A stretch of DNA of 35,875 nucleotides, from NCBI GenBank assembly GCA_010015585.1, contig ML975175.1. One strand, given 5' to 3'. The position numbers and the translations under genes are program-made. Below are positions 22,048 through 34,932 of this stretch, in pieces (within the stretch, counting starts at the first letter, position 1; each line of letters starts with the position of its first letter). The DNA comes from Eremomyces bilateralis CBS 781.70 (lineage: Eukaryota). Below the pieces are notes generated by a model. That model was given only the letters and a program-made list of their open reading frames with translations, made no database searches and was not told where the DNA came from.

Positions 22048-23085
22048 TCAACCTATAATAGAACCCAACCAGAAGCCCGCCATCCATAACACCCCCCATG
22101 CAGGCTGTAGAACGGTTCTCAGTGCTGCTGGTCCGGGACAAGTCCCAGTGAGACCCCAACTGATACCAAATGTCATGGCTCCCAGGACGAATTTCCAATC
22201 CGAGTCTTTGATCGACTTCGTGGGCAGTTGAAAGCGGGCCTCGAACTTCGGTTTCCCCTCCAAGCCAAAGGTCAGGTTGTACAGACTATTAGGAACAAGA
22301 CCGCAGAGGACGACCACAAGTAAACTAGGATCCCAGTTTCGGATCGGATAGATCGAGAAGAACGCTTGGACCTTATCAGGGTTCCCCATCCCCGAGAGCA
22401 AAAGTCCCAGACCGAATGTGAAGCCAGAAAGCAGATATGTCACCCGATTCGGCAGCGTCGGTTGGGCAGAACGGGTGGATAGCCACCGCGGTATCCAATT
22501 CGTAGCGAGGATAGTGCCCAGGGCGAGCAGGAGGAGGCGCTGTGTCAATGCTTGCGACGGATAGACGGGCACAAAGCAAGGTTGGCCAGCGGGGCATGCC
22601 GCAGTCGGAATTCCCGAACGGTGAGAGAGGAAATATGTGATGAAAGCGGTGGGGAAGAATATCGCGGTTGCGAGGATGGAGCGGCCGGAAAACCTGGACA
22701 TGCCGCAGAGCATGTGGCCAGAAGTGCAACCGTTACAGCCCTATATCGAGTGGCATTGTCAGTCTTTGTTTGAAAAGATGCGACCCAGTGGACATACCTT
22801 CGTTCCCCACCCCGTTAACAGTCCCATCAATACCGTGAAGAGGTAATATCCAGCTTTTTGCTCTACGCCGGGAAACGACGGTAGCAACTCTGGACAAACG
22901 AACGCCATGAGTCCGGCGCTACCCGACATGCCCGCGAAGAATAGCCCTGTCGTCAGAGTTGGGGCGGTCAAAAGTCGTCGAATCAACCCTGAGGCACCGA
23001 GTACAGCTCCATTATTGTAAAGGAGCGTCGTCGTACTATGGTGTAGGAGCAGCGCTCCCAGCGCAGTTTCTATAGGCGTGAACAT
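22048..23085 (-). CDS. YeeE/YedE-family (sulfur transporter-like) membrane protein, fused two-half form; exons 23085-22798, 22740-22048
   Basis: MFTPIETALGALLLH...NG.VLGASG; GCNGCTSGHMLCG.SR.S.RS; GLLLSGMGNPDKV, WDPSL, FGISWGLTGTCPGP. Confidence 0.88.
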
Positions 23086-23597
23086 TGGAAGATTGGCATT
23101 TGGAACAATGCGCAAAGCTTGCGCGGACGTACCAGAACCTTTGTATGCTTCGCAAATGAGGATGCCCGCCTACGAGACGGTCCAGTGGCGCAATTAGGTG
23201 CGGATTTGGGATGAAAGCGATTTCCACCCCCAAGATCCCACGGCATGCTAGGTTCTTAGGGCCCACCAGGCGAAAAGGCTCCGAGATGGGTGAATACACG
23301 GGAGCCCGTGCAATGAAGGGCATTATGCGGTGGTAATTGAACCATCGCGATGGCAAAATGTTCCGATGGCATTTCGGCGTCTTTTGGACTTGTCGATGAA
23401 GTATGTTCCTCACTTCGAAAGAGTGAAGAGTGCTATGTAGTGATGAGGTTGAAGATATCTAATATAAAGTATTGCCGTGAACACTGGTGCTACTAGCCCG
23501 TGAGTGGAGAAACTCATTGTCGGAGAGAGTGACCGGCACGTGATATCAAAGAGCCTACAGTTCGAACATTCACATGAGAGTCGCTTAGCCAGCCATT

Positions 23598-24277
23598 GAG
23601 ACTGCAGGTCGCCCCACTCTCAGATGAGCTTTCGTCTGAGAGTGGCCGTCTGGCCAAGACCGCAGGGTGCACGGTTCATGGGCCCGAGGCAGGCGGAGCA
23701 GTGAGGCACTGAGGCATATCACATGACCCGCACGAGCCACACTTATCACTCTCAGATGAACCTTCCAAAAATGTATTCATAATGCAATAGGAATACATTT
23801 ATTATAGCCCCAGTTTCTAAAGACTGGGTAATGTATTAGGGATATATTCTTAATTCATTTCTACTCAATTAGAAGAGTTCGCCCAAAGCTGTGATCGTTC
23901 AGAATGCCTTCAAATGCATTGAAAATGCATTCCGTCGGAACTTACATCTTGTCCCCATGAGTCCGTGTCCGAACTCCAAAGATCGCGATGGCATCATGGC
24001 AGAGCACAATACGATTGGCATATGGGCTGGATTAGTTAGGAATGTATTCTAAATGTTTTCTAAATGACTTATATTCTTGCCTAACGATATCTTGAATTCT
24101 TGATGAACTGCTAGTACAAGGTAGTGTGAGAAGGAAAAGTTCATCTGAGAGTAGACATTATTGTCATCTGAGTGTGGATAGTCTGTGTCTTTGGCAAAAC
24201 ATGTGAATTATGACCGACTTGTCGATTCTCATGCGAATTGCGAAAGTTCATCTGAGAGTGGGGCGAACTATAGTCTC
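23598..24277. mobile_element. Degenerate MITE-like inverted-repeat element (~680 bp)
   Basis: 37-bp terminal inverted repeats with 4 mismatches (GAGACTGCAGGTCGCCCCACTCTCAGATGAGCTTTCG vs reverse complement of 24241-24277); further ACTCTCAGATGA copies in both orientations; AT-rich core; no TSD recognised. Confidence 0.65.
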
Positions 24278-25081
24278 TCACGTGGATGACGTTTTCCCCA
24301 GCCACCTTTCAAACAGGGGGATGGTGGAACCCACCTGCACGGCTACACCCCTGCGATACTCTATGAATCCCCTCCCTCCAGGAACATCTAAAACTGCATG
24401 AAGATTCATACTAACGTTAAAGATATTCCTCCATCATCATCATTCTTCATCCTGTGCCGAGCACTCAACTATTGCTTGAACATAGCACAGTTGCGACCTT
24501 GCTATTACATACGGAGTACGGAGTACTCCGTAGCACTTAGAAGTCATGTGAATCATGCACCTACCCATTACATCACGCTAGCTGTAGCAACTTCGGATCC
24601 CCAGCCGCCGACTAGCCACACGGATATCACTGAACATTTGGCCACCATGATTTCTCCCAGCCATCATGGATCATATACCACTTGGAACCTGCTGCTGACA
24701 GCGAGTGATTTAGATGATGGTATTGTCATGCACGGAAGTACCGGTAACCAGTATTCCGTACCCTAGCTGTATTCCTTACATTTTGCACATATTGGTTCCA
24801 GCGATTTCCTGTGCCTTTACGTTCTTCGTTGGTTCTTCCTGTGTCTATCTTGCTAGAAAGCGACTATTCCGATGTTTCTCAGCGGTCCCTCTACTGTTCT
24901 ACAGTCTGATCTGCTTTGAAATTGTAATAGGATTCACCCATCGCCCAGCCAGTCGTATATTGTCCTCCACAAGACCATTTACAACTGGCATACAATCTCT
25001 CCTACATCCACTACCTTCTCAATTGCTACCTTGGGCTTCAGAGACCTTAAACCAAGCAAGCCTTTATTGCAAATACTCGGA

Positions 25082-25835
25082 ATGCGCTCATCATCACCTT
25101 TGAGCCTGGGGTGGCTCGCCTTGATTGGAATGGCTTCTAAAGTCTTCTCTCAATCGGCCATCGTCATCCCAATTACAGTATCAGGTGAGACGTCTTGTCC
25201 CATCTCTAAACACGATTCATCTAACATCCGGAAAAGGGAGTCCAGGCATTGCCACAATCACAGTCCCAATCGCCTCCGGTACTATCCCACTCACCGCTGG
25301 CATTAGCATCATTCCCACGCCGTCACCCGGAACAGGAGAAAACATTGCACCAATTACGTCGGAGCACAACCCAGGCAATGCACCGGATGTCTCATCATCT
25401 GCTCTAGGAGGGACTCCAGTCACCGATTACCAGAGCGTCTGGCCTTCCTCCGAATACCCCTCTAGCACTACCCCGTGTACTTCATATTCCGACTTCACCG
25501 GCAGCGAAATTGGGCCAGGATCCTCCCTTACTGGAGAGTCATCCAAGTCCGATGTCTCTAGCTCTGATGCCTCTTCTACCGCAGCTGCTAGTTCATCCCT
25601 CGCAACCGCTTCTGATGCACTTTCCTCTGCTACTTCGGGTATAGTCGAGAGTACAAACGCTCCGAGTGGGCTACAAACGTCGATCATCACACCTACTGGT
25701 CCTTCCACAATACCTTCGTCCAGTCAAACAAACGTTGCCCCTCCTGCCCCGACGGCAAACGGTGCGAAATCACACCGGACAAATTGGGGATACGGTGCAT
25801 TCGCCATTGCCATGGCGCCTTTATGGATATTTTGA
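25082..25835 (+). CDS. Secreted Ser/Thr-rich, probably GPI-anchored cell-surface protein; exons 25082-25184, 25237-25835
   Basis: Signal peptide MRSSSPLSLGWLALIGMASKVFSQ; intron GTGAGA...CTAAC...AAG; S/T/P-rich body; ANGA omega-like site then hydrophobic tail WGYGAFAIAMAPLWIF. Confidence 0.8.
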
Positions 25836-26392
25836 ACGTCCATCGAGGAAAAATTGCTGGACACGGCGAATACGAGGATGCAAGGTTAGAGGAGTAGAAA
25901 TGGGCGCTATATTATGTACGAATTACGGTCATGGTTCGTGTCTGATGATACGGAAGGGTTACACTGGGGGCTGGCGCACTATTGGGGTCGTCCATCACGG
26001 ATGGTTAATGGGTTTACGGATTCGATATGACGATTACATTTACAGCTTCGGCTTTGTAATATCTATGAGTAACCAGCATGAATTGTACTATACTAATCAC
26101 TCTATTCGGACTTCTTCCATGCTCTACTGAATTGGTGTACATTATTGGTGGGAGGACCACTGCACTGCTCTGATTGGGCAGTGCTGGCAGAGAGGGGCCG
26201 GGCAAGGCTGGGCACGCCTGAAAATTCCTGCCCGTATGCCTAAGGCACTAAACCCTTCCAAAATCACGTGGCGAATTTCCAGTGGGGCGTTTATCGATAA
26301 GAACTTCTTCACTTCAACTTCGACTATTTTTCCAGTCGCAGGCGTCGGAACGAAATTTGCAGCACCACCTCGATGCGGAATTAGCAAGCAAA

Positions 26393-29300
26393 ATGGTGTT
26401 AGCAGAGGATCTGTCAGAGAAGCTGGAGAAGATTCGATCTTCTCCCAAGCTAGAAAATCAACAAGAAGTGAGGTCTCATTCCCATTTCGCCGAATCTTGC
26501 TAACTATGATAGACTGCCGTCGTGCTGTCAGCGGTTGAAGACACGCTAAAAGAGCAGAGCACTGAATTCAATCCAACCGCTTACTTTGCGGCTCTTCTGT
26601 CGCTCCTAGCTCAGTATATTGGGCCAGAGAAAGGGATTGTCAACAAGGACGTTGCGACTTCCGTCGTCTACTTACTCGACTTGTTCACGCCTTATGTGCC
26701 TCACCCGCTTTTGCGCTCGAAGTTTCAGCAAATTCTGAGCAATCTTGCCCCAGCTTTGGTACACACGGATGCCGAAGCTCCACTACTGCGTGCCTCAATC
26801 GGCGTCTTAGAATCCTTGCTGGTCGTTCAGGATGCGCAAGGATGGTCGCAAACCCAAGAGGAGATCAGTCCGCGCCGCGCTGTCGCTGGACTCTTGCGCA
26901 TTGGTATGGATCATCGACCGAAGGTTCGCAAACGAGCGCTCGAAGCATTGGGAAAGGTCCTCAACTCTCCGCCTCCGAGTCCGTCGCTGGACCATCCTGT
27001 GGCAGGCATGTGTGCAGAGACCGCTCTGCAATCCTTAAAGCAAATCGTCGATGCTGGCGAACAGAAGAAAAAAAAGAACAAGGCACCGAAGGAGAATCCT
27101 CATGAGCCAAATTTGATCCACTCTTTGCATCTCATCAAAATGTTGGCCACGGCAGGCACGGGCTGGCCAAGTCAAAAAATTGACAGTCTATGCGAGGTTT
27201 TGTTGACCATTTCGCGATCCAGCAGCCAGTATCTCACCATGTCTGCCTTTGAGATATTCGAGGTACTGTTCTCAGGAATGACGGACCAGGTATCATCCGC
27301 CAAACTTCCTCACCTTGTGGAAGTCCTGGAGGAGTTACAACCTGCTCCTACCGACGCTCAACTTCTCCCCCCTTGGGTAGCGGTCATATCACGGGCATAC
27401 GAAGTGTCCTCGCATGTTTACCCTACGGAGACTTTCGAGAAGCTGCCAACAGTCTTTGAGAAGATATCCAAGTTCTTGCTTTCGCCATCCCACAACATCC
27501 GCGTCTCTGCTTCCGAATGTCTTATCTCTTTCCTAGCCAACTGCATTCCCAGCTCGGTCATACTGGAGCCCTCAATAATGGACGAAAAAGTGTTGGAAAT
27601 GGTAGCAGCTATTGCAGTTGATTTGCTGAGCCTCAAGTATCAGCATGCGTGGATGGAGGTTTTCCACGTACATGCTGCCATGTTCGATTCTTTGAGGTGG
27701 CGATCTGATCCTTTGCTTCTAACAACTGTGCGAACCGTCGGAGAGCTGAGGACATCAGGTGCCTTCAACGGCAAAAAGGAGGCGGATGTTGTTCTCGCGA
27801 AAGCAATCGGAGCGATGGGCCCAGAAGCGGTTCTCAAAATCCTCCCCTTGAATCTAATCGATGCTCCGCCCAATCAACAAGGTCGAGCCTGGCTACTCCC
27901 TCTTCTCCGCGACTCAGTCCAGAATACATACCTCCGACACTTTAGGGCCCACCTCATCCCTATCAGCGAGGCGATTTTCCAGAAAGTCATGGATCACGGC
28001 GAGGCGGAGAAGACGATGCAAATCAAAATACTGGAGACAATTGTCCAGCAAATCTGGTCAATCCTTCCAGGTTATTGCGAATTCGCACTGGACATCGAAG
28101 AGGTAAAGTTTCTCACGCAAACAATGTCAACGTTACTAATTGCGGTTTAGGCATTCGACCAAACATTTGCTGAACAGCTTGCGAACCTCCTATACCAACA
28201 ACTCGAACTTCGACATTATGTCTGCAAAGCTTTGCAGAACCTTGTGGACTGCAACGCCGAAATTCGTGACCTAGAAGGTGAAGAGGATCTCTTAGCTCAG
28301 TCGAGGATATCTAAAGCGCAAGCGCTTATGAACCTCGATCATATGGCAAAGTTCTCTGGGAATCTTCTAGCGGTACTCTTCAATGTCTACAGTCAAGCAC
28401 TACCCAGAAGTCGAGGCGCCATTCTACAGTGCATCAATTCCTACCTAAGTATCACTCCGGAAAAGGTGTGTGCATCCAATCCCTCCATGACCTTCGTACT
28501 GATTCCCTTTAGGACCTAGTCGACACGTTCGACCGAGTGGTCACGATGCTTGAATCAGCCCTAGCGGAGGCAGCCAACGAAAAATCCAAAGGGCCACAGG
28601 AACAAGGAAGGCCAAGAGACAAGCTGCCTCCAACCTCTCACACATTGCTAGACCTTCTCATCACCATCTCGGTCTACCTCCCTGTTTCTTCTCTTACGGG
28701 CCTTTTCGCTACAGCCTCTAAACTCATTGTCAATCCGGACTCGTCGATCCAAAAGAAGGCTTATAAGCTAATTCCGCGACTATGCGAAGTAGAGAACGGG
28801 AAAGCTATGATTGAAACACGTTGCTCAGAACTATCATCCGTCATCCTTTCAGCTTCAGAAGCCACGCAAACCCCGGCTCGCCGTGACCGTCTACTAGCAA
28901 TTCAGGCCCTGATTCCCTACCAGGACCGCCTCGATCTGAGCTTCATCCCGTCCGTACTTCCGGAAGTGGTACTAGCGACGAAAGAGGTGAATGAAGGGGC
29001 AAGGCAAGCAGCATTCAGCCTTCTCATCACGATGGGTCGCAGAATGATTGAGGGTGGGAAGATTGTCAGATCCCGAGTACCACACTACCTGCCCGATACC
29101 AAGGACGAAGATGCCAGCATTGACGAATACTTCACTATGATGTCAGCTGCACTAGCTAGCGACAAGCCCCATACTGTTGCGGCCGCGGTCATTGCACTTT
29201 CACGTTGCTTGTTCGAGTTCCGTGAAGATCTGTCTCTTTCAGCAACATCGGATCTTGTCCAGACTGTAGAACTATTTCTGGAACAGAATAGCAAGGAGAT

Positions 29301-30429
29301 TGTCCGAGCCGTTCTCGGGTTTGTGAAGGTGGTAATCATTGGCTTACCTGAAGATTTTGTGAGACCGAGATTGCGCACGTTGGTCCCTGGCATCCTTCGG
29401 TGGGGCAAGGAGCATCGGGAACAATTCAAAGCGCGTGTTCGCAGCATCATCGAGAGGATGGTACGCCGATTCGGTGCTGAGGAGATTGAACGATGCACTC
29501 CCGAGGCGGATCGGAAGCTCATCGCGAACATTCGTAAGATCCGGGATCGAACCAAGCGTCAGAAAGAAGCCCAAGATGAAGGTTCGGACGGAGAGGAGCA
29601 CGGAACTTCCGCACGCGAGGGTGCTGGAAGAAAATTTGCCAGCGAGTATGATGAAGCAGTATATGGCAGTTCCGATGAATCTGGTAGCGAGGAAGAAAGA
29701 CAAGCCGCCCATGGCAAAAGCTCCAGGGACAAACCCACCAAGGGGACATTCATCATGGAGGAAGATGACGAGCCTCTGGATCTTCTCGACCGGCGAGCAA
29801 TGGGAAAGATTTCTACAGACCGACCGCAGAACGCGCGCGAGATGCTCTCAAAGCGACATAAAGCGAAATTCGACATGGACGGCAAGCTCATTTTCCGCGA
29901 AAACGAAGACGAGGACATGCTCGACGACACCGAAGGCAAAGATCCAGGGGATGGCTCCCTTGAAGCTGGCATCAACGCCTACGTTTCGGCGATACGTGGT
30001 CAGAGCGCCGGTAGTCGAGGCCAGAGAGGCAAACTCAAGTTTTCCAGTGCGGGACGCCAGCAGAAGGGTGACGATGGTGACGATATGGAAGTGGATGAGA
30101 CTGAGCTTGCAAGTAAGATCCGTGACGAGAGGCGGGGTCGAGGAGGTGCTCGAGGATCTCGTGGAGGACATCGTGGAGGATCCCGAGGAGGCGCTCGAGG
30201 ATCTCGAGATGCTCGAGGTGGTGCTCCAGGTGGTGCACGAGGAGACTCTCGAGGAAACTCTCGAGGTGGTGCTAGAGGGGACTCGAGGGGAGGCCGGGGC
30301 GCCGGTATGGGAGGGAGGGGCTTCGGTGGACGCGGTGGCCGCGGTGGGCGTGGTGGAATTCAAAAAGCCAAGTTTCAGAGGAGAGGACTCGGCTTTGATC
30401 GTACGCAAGACAGCCGAGTTTCTAAGTAA
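26393..30429 (+). CDS. RRP12: Ribosome biogenesis/export HEAT-repeat protein (NUC173 domain), 4 exons
   Basis: LEKIRSSPKLENQQE/TAVVLSAVEDTL, PTAYFAALL, DHRPKVRKRA, LPLNL...GRAWLLPLLRD, QKKAYK, LPEVVLATKEVNE, ERMVRRFG; three in-frame introns. Confidence 0.94.
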
Positions 30430-30687
30430 TGTGAACTTAGTAGACGATAAAGTATTGCTGCATTTCTAGGCGCATCGCCCTCTCCTTCTCGGACTGGCGT
30501 AGCGTAACGTGAGATGTATTCTGCCGTGGCGCGGCGGCGTTTGTCTTTTTTTTAGTCTTCATGATACCACTGCGTATAGAATGAAATCAATATTGATCCC
30601 CTTTTCTTGTTAAGGGGAGAAATGTGATATTTTAAAACGAAATTAGTCAAGACTACCTATACCAGTCACAAACCGTATTTATAGTCC

Positions 30688-31423
30688 CTATTTCGATGCT
30701 TGTAGACTGAGGAAAATATTCCAGAGCACGCCTGCGATGCTTCCAACCACAACACGTCTATTCACAGGCACCAGAGTGAAGCAGAGAACGGATACAATGG
30801 GCCAAAGTTTTACCCCAGCCATGTAAAAGGGAAAAGAGTCCTATCCACTCGTCAGCACGACAACGCCAATAACAATCAACTCCCAAGTTCTATATGCTTC
30901 AACCCACATTCTTCAACGAGCTCATAATTTCTTCCGAACTACGACCTTTGATCGTCCCGATCCCTCCAATGAACATCGCAATGTTGACCGCCGCGCCGAC
31001 TGTCTGGTCCAGTACGAACTTGATTATTGTGTTTTTCACATTTAATCTTTTAGTGGTCTGAGAGACTACTTTCGATTTGCCCTTCCCGCTCTTCTTCTGC
31101 TCATCTGTAGCGCTCTTCAGCGCATAGACAGGTTCGCTTGTCTGACCCGGGAATACATCCTCCAGCCATTCTTGCCACAAGCAGTTCGGTGGCGTGGCGA
31201 GGATGGTGAAGAGGACGAATTGGAGCAGAGGAACGAGGGAGATGGTGAAAGGTCGCTGAAGAGTAAATTTGGTTAGCATCGTCTCATCCGTCTCAGGATA
31301 TCGAATGCTCATGTTTGTCGAAGTACGTACATCGTCGTTGTAGGCAGAAATCACCTGCGCCAGGATATTGGATGTGGCGCTGAGGATTGCGGACTGTACG
31401 GTAGCGCTGATGATGTGATTCAT
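30688..31423 (-). CDS. Mpv17/PMP22 family membrane protein, 3 exons
   Basis: TVQSAILSATSNILAQ, TPPNCLWQEWLE, IKFVLDQTVGA, and last exon 30840-30688 GVKLWPIVSVLCFTLVPVNRRVVVGSIAGVLWNIFLSL. Confidence 0.9.
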
Positions 31424-32113
31424 ATTGAATTATTGATACCGCTGGGTGGTTGTGTCGTATTCCTCGGAAACTATATCACTGGTGATTTCATAGGAAGCAG
31501 GACGAGATATTAAAAGTACTAATAGTATTGAGTTCAAAAGGATTGGGGATCTCTTATTCAAAGAGTAATTGGAAAAATACGTTTGGAGATGAAATGTTGC
31601 CAATCTCAAACAGATCTTCATATCTGATACGGACATGCATTGCGACTCATGAAGGGTTTGGTGAAATGGACACGTAGCTACTCTGCGGTTGATCAGCATG
31701 GTAGCGAAATGGCGGACCTCGTGTTTTCGTCTATTGTACTATCCGCCGACTGTCAATGCCACTACGTTAAGATGATCTCGGTAATTATTACTATTAAGAC
31801 AATGATCGAGACAAATGGCCGGGAATGGATGGGGTGAGTCTCGTGCAATTCAAAGTGTAATAGTCACGTGATCCAAATCTTAAGTGACATTCAAGTTTCA
31901 GCCCCTTATTACAATGAAGTTGAGGATCGAGAACACTTAGCTGAATAAACAATTTGGTAAACTCGCCATCGCTTCCAAGCGCCTGTATCAACCACTGTGT
32001 TTCAATCCAACACCTACATCAGAAATGACGACGCCACCAGGTTCCCCTAATCCAGTTTCGACCCGATCATTAAAACTCCAGTCGTTTTCCACAAGGACGA
32101 ATTTGTCTCCCTC

Positions 32114-34349
32114 TCACTGAACACCAGACCCAAAATCAGTAAACGTCTCTCTCCAGTAGGCATCGTCAAAGAAATCAAACAAACTCCCTGATCCTGCCCC
32201 CATCATCGGCACGCCCATTGGGTCCAACCCTCCGGGGGTGGCACCTACGCCAGCTTGTCCTGCCATATTCATACCATAGGTGCCCGGCGTATCGCCAGCT
32301 ATTCCCGGAGTTGCACCTAGGTTAGAAGCGCTACCTGGCGCGATAACGCCAGTCATACGTTCCCTCTGAGCCCGGTAAAGCTGCTTCAGAAGTCTCATTT
32401 GGGGAATGACACGTGTAAAGACGTCCAGCTCACCATGCGGGCTCGGATGGATCGCTGCATCGCGAACGGCGGTCTGTAACCGATCGATGAGTTCGTCGAT
32501 GAGAAACAGAAAATTGATCTGCTTCTCGGCCTCTATGTTGTCCCATCCGTCAATTTTGGAGAGGCAAAGTTTGGTGAGGACGATGATAGCGTGGGCAACT
32601 TGTGCCCACGACGCATATGTCATGAGGAAATAATCGGAGTGAGGGATCTCTAGAATGGTTTGAAGGAGGTCACGAGTCGCATCGAGGCAGGCGGAGAGTA
32701 TACCCGGTCGCGAAAGGACAGGTGGAAAGTAGGTAATGGAAATATGTTGCTCGGAGAGTTCAGGATTGAAGCCGATTTCATACATGAAAAGGCGGACGAT
32801 TCGATAGTGCAGGGTGAACAATACTGGTGAGGTTAGGGATTTGTTTGGAAATCGATCGTGGAACACATACAATGGCTCTGTATATTCGCAGGCAATGAAG
32901 CTTTGAGCTGCTCCAGTTCTGACTCGAACGCTTTTAAGCTCATCCCAATTGATGAAGTGAGAGGAGATGGAGGGTCTAAGCAGTCCAGAGGAAGGGTATT
33001 CTGCATGCATAGTGCAATCCTCTGTATTTTAACCAGTTGGACGAGGAAGTAATCTGTGGGGTACTCCTGTTTTTCAAGCAGTACGCGGCAACAGTCATCC
33101 ATGTACCGCGTGAATTTCATAATGTCGGTGTGTTTTACATTGACTGACAATCTAGACAATATCGAGTCAGTATTTTCATCTTCCTCAAAGTCGATTGATG
33201 CAGATTCATACATGGATGTGACATAGAAGCAGCCCAACAACGCTCGCCGCTCTTCAAGGGAGCGTTGGTCACCCCGCTCGGCTGGGTCTGGAAAGAGGTT
33301 GAATCCACAAACCACTGCTCGGTGTCTATCATAGGCTGTGCCCGTCTTGTTGATTTCCAGATCGGTGGTTAGTGCCAGTGCCAAATGGACAAAGTTGGTC
33401 ATTTGTCGGCTTCGTCCAAGATGAAAATGATACCTGCTTCGTGTAAGCCAGTCGTCTAACCGATAGATCATATACATTTAAATATCCTAACAAAGATACT
33501 TACCAGGCAATAGCAATCAACAAGCCCTGAAGATGGTCGAAACTCCGTTCTCCTCTCTGGAACATGGTTGATGCGATATATTCGCGGATTTCGGTCCCAA
33601 AAGCCTGCTGTAGCTCAACATTTCGGTAGGAAGCTGCCATCATGATGCCTTTGAACAGCAAAGGTCGCCTTTCTTTCAGTACGGCAGCCGTAGTATTTGG
33701 CGGAATAACAACAAAGGGGAAGTGCGCAGTCATGTGGGACTGGTAAAAGCGCAGCAGGGCATCAGCATCCTCCATGGAAAGACTGCTGGTGGAGATTCCC
33801 TTCTGATAGTCATGCTTCGGAGCGGTGCTGATGATTCGGGAGTGCCCCAACTCCGAAGCCTCCTGTGACCGTCCATTTGACTCCGGGGTTAACGGGACTT
33901 GACTTGGGGTCGAGTCGACATTCGAGGTATTACTTTGCGTAGTGGTGAGGAGGTTGGTAATATCATCCAACTTCTGCTCCAACCGAGCGACGCGGCTAGA
34001 CCACGGTCAATACGGGATGAAGTAGTGGGGATAACCTGGGGATACCCACGTGGATTTCTTGGTTCCCTTCGCTCTCGGCTTGGGGGTTTGTAGAGTACAT
34101 TCTTTATTCAGTCTCTCGCACCTACAACCATAGCAATAAGAAACATGGTTAGACAATGGAGATAGACGACGATGATCAATCGGGCATATCGGCGGATTCG
34201 TACCTAGTGCACTTCCTCGATCCTTGCTCACCGGCTTGGGGCACGCATTTGGCTTTGGCTACTGCACAGGTTCGGCAAGCCGTTGGCCCACGATTGCCAG
34301 CGGACAGCGGGCCAGTCGGCTTCCCGATGCCAGCGGATTCATCGGTCAT
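32114..34349 (-). CDS. Zn(II)2Cys6 fungal transcription factor, multi-exon
   Basis: ACRTCAVAKAKCVPQAGEQGSRKCTR/CERLNKEC binuclear cluster split by an intron; LEQKLDDITNLL coiled coil; HFPFVVIP, DHLQGLLIAIAW, LEERRALLGCFYVTS middle-homology motifs; acidic C-terminus. Confidence 0.92.
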
Positions 34350-34932
34350 TGGAATCAAAGTCCAGGGCCGGCTCCGGGGTGCAACATGTGCAACAGAAGT
34401 TCACGAAGACATGATGATATGATGGTGGTTTATGGCCTATGGGTGCATGTGGCTGGGTAAAGTTCGGTTGAATGAAAAAAAGGGCAAAAGGAAATGAAAC
34501 CAGACGGAACGTTTAGTGGTCGTGGACTTGGGCTTTTGGGGGCAGGACATGGAGCGAGCTGCGAGGGGGCGACAGGAGGACGCGAAATAATCCAGTCTGA
34601 AATCACAAATGGGAGGGGAGCGAGGCGCGTCCCCGCAGGGGTCGAGTGCGAGAGTGAGACGGAGGCGGAGAAACTGATCTCGCCGGCTCCGAGGTTCCAG
34701 TAAGCCCTGATATTTGATAGTACGGAGTATTCCGTACATGATAGTACTAGTACAAGAACCGTCACGTGGTCCAATCCCTCTGACTAGTTGTACATTATCT
34801 CGTTATACCAGACGTGCCAAGCCCTCGATGATTACTAAGGAATAAATTCGCAGTAAGGTTTCAGGGCTTCAGCCCGTCTGGCTACTTTTTGTACAAAAGG
34901 TGCAACGATTTGTATGCAACAATAAATAAGGA

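Noticed and set aside
23440..23520. GTGATGA C-box suggesting a snoRNA
   Set aside because: No D box at a suitable distance and no terminal stem.
29435..30469. 344-aa alternative-frame ORF overlapping the RRP12 3' end
   Set aside because: GTG start, no recognisable motifs; explained by the stop-poor GC/purine-rich low-complexity RRP12 tail.
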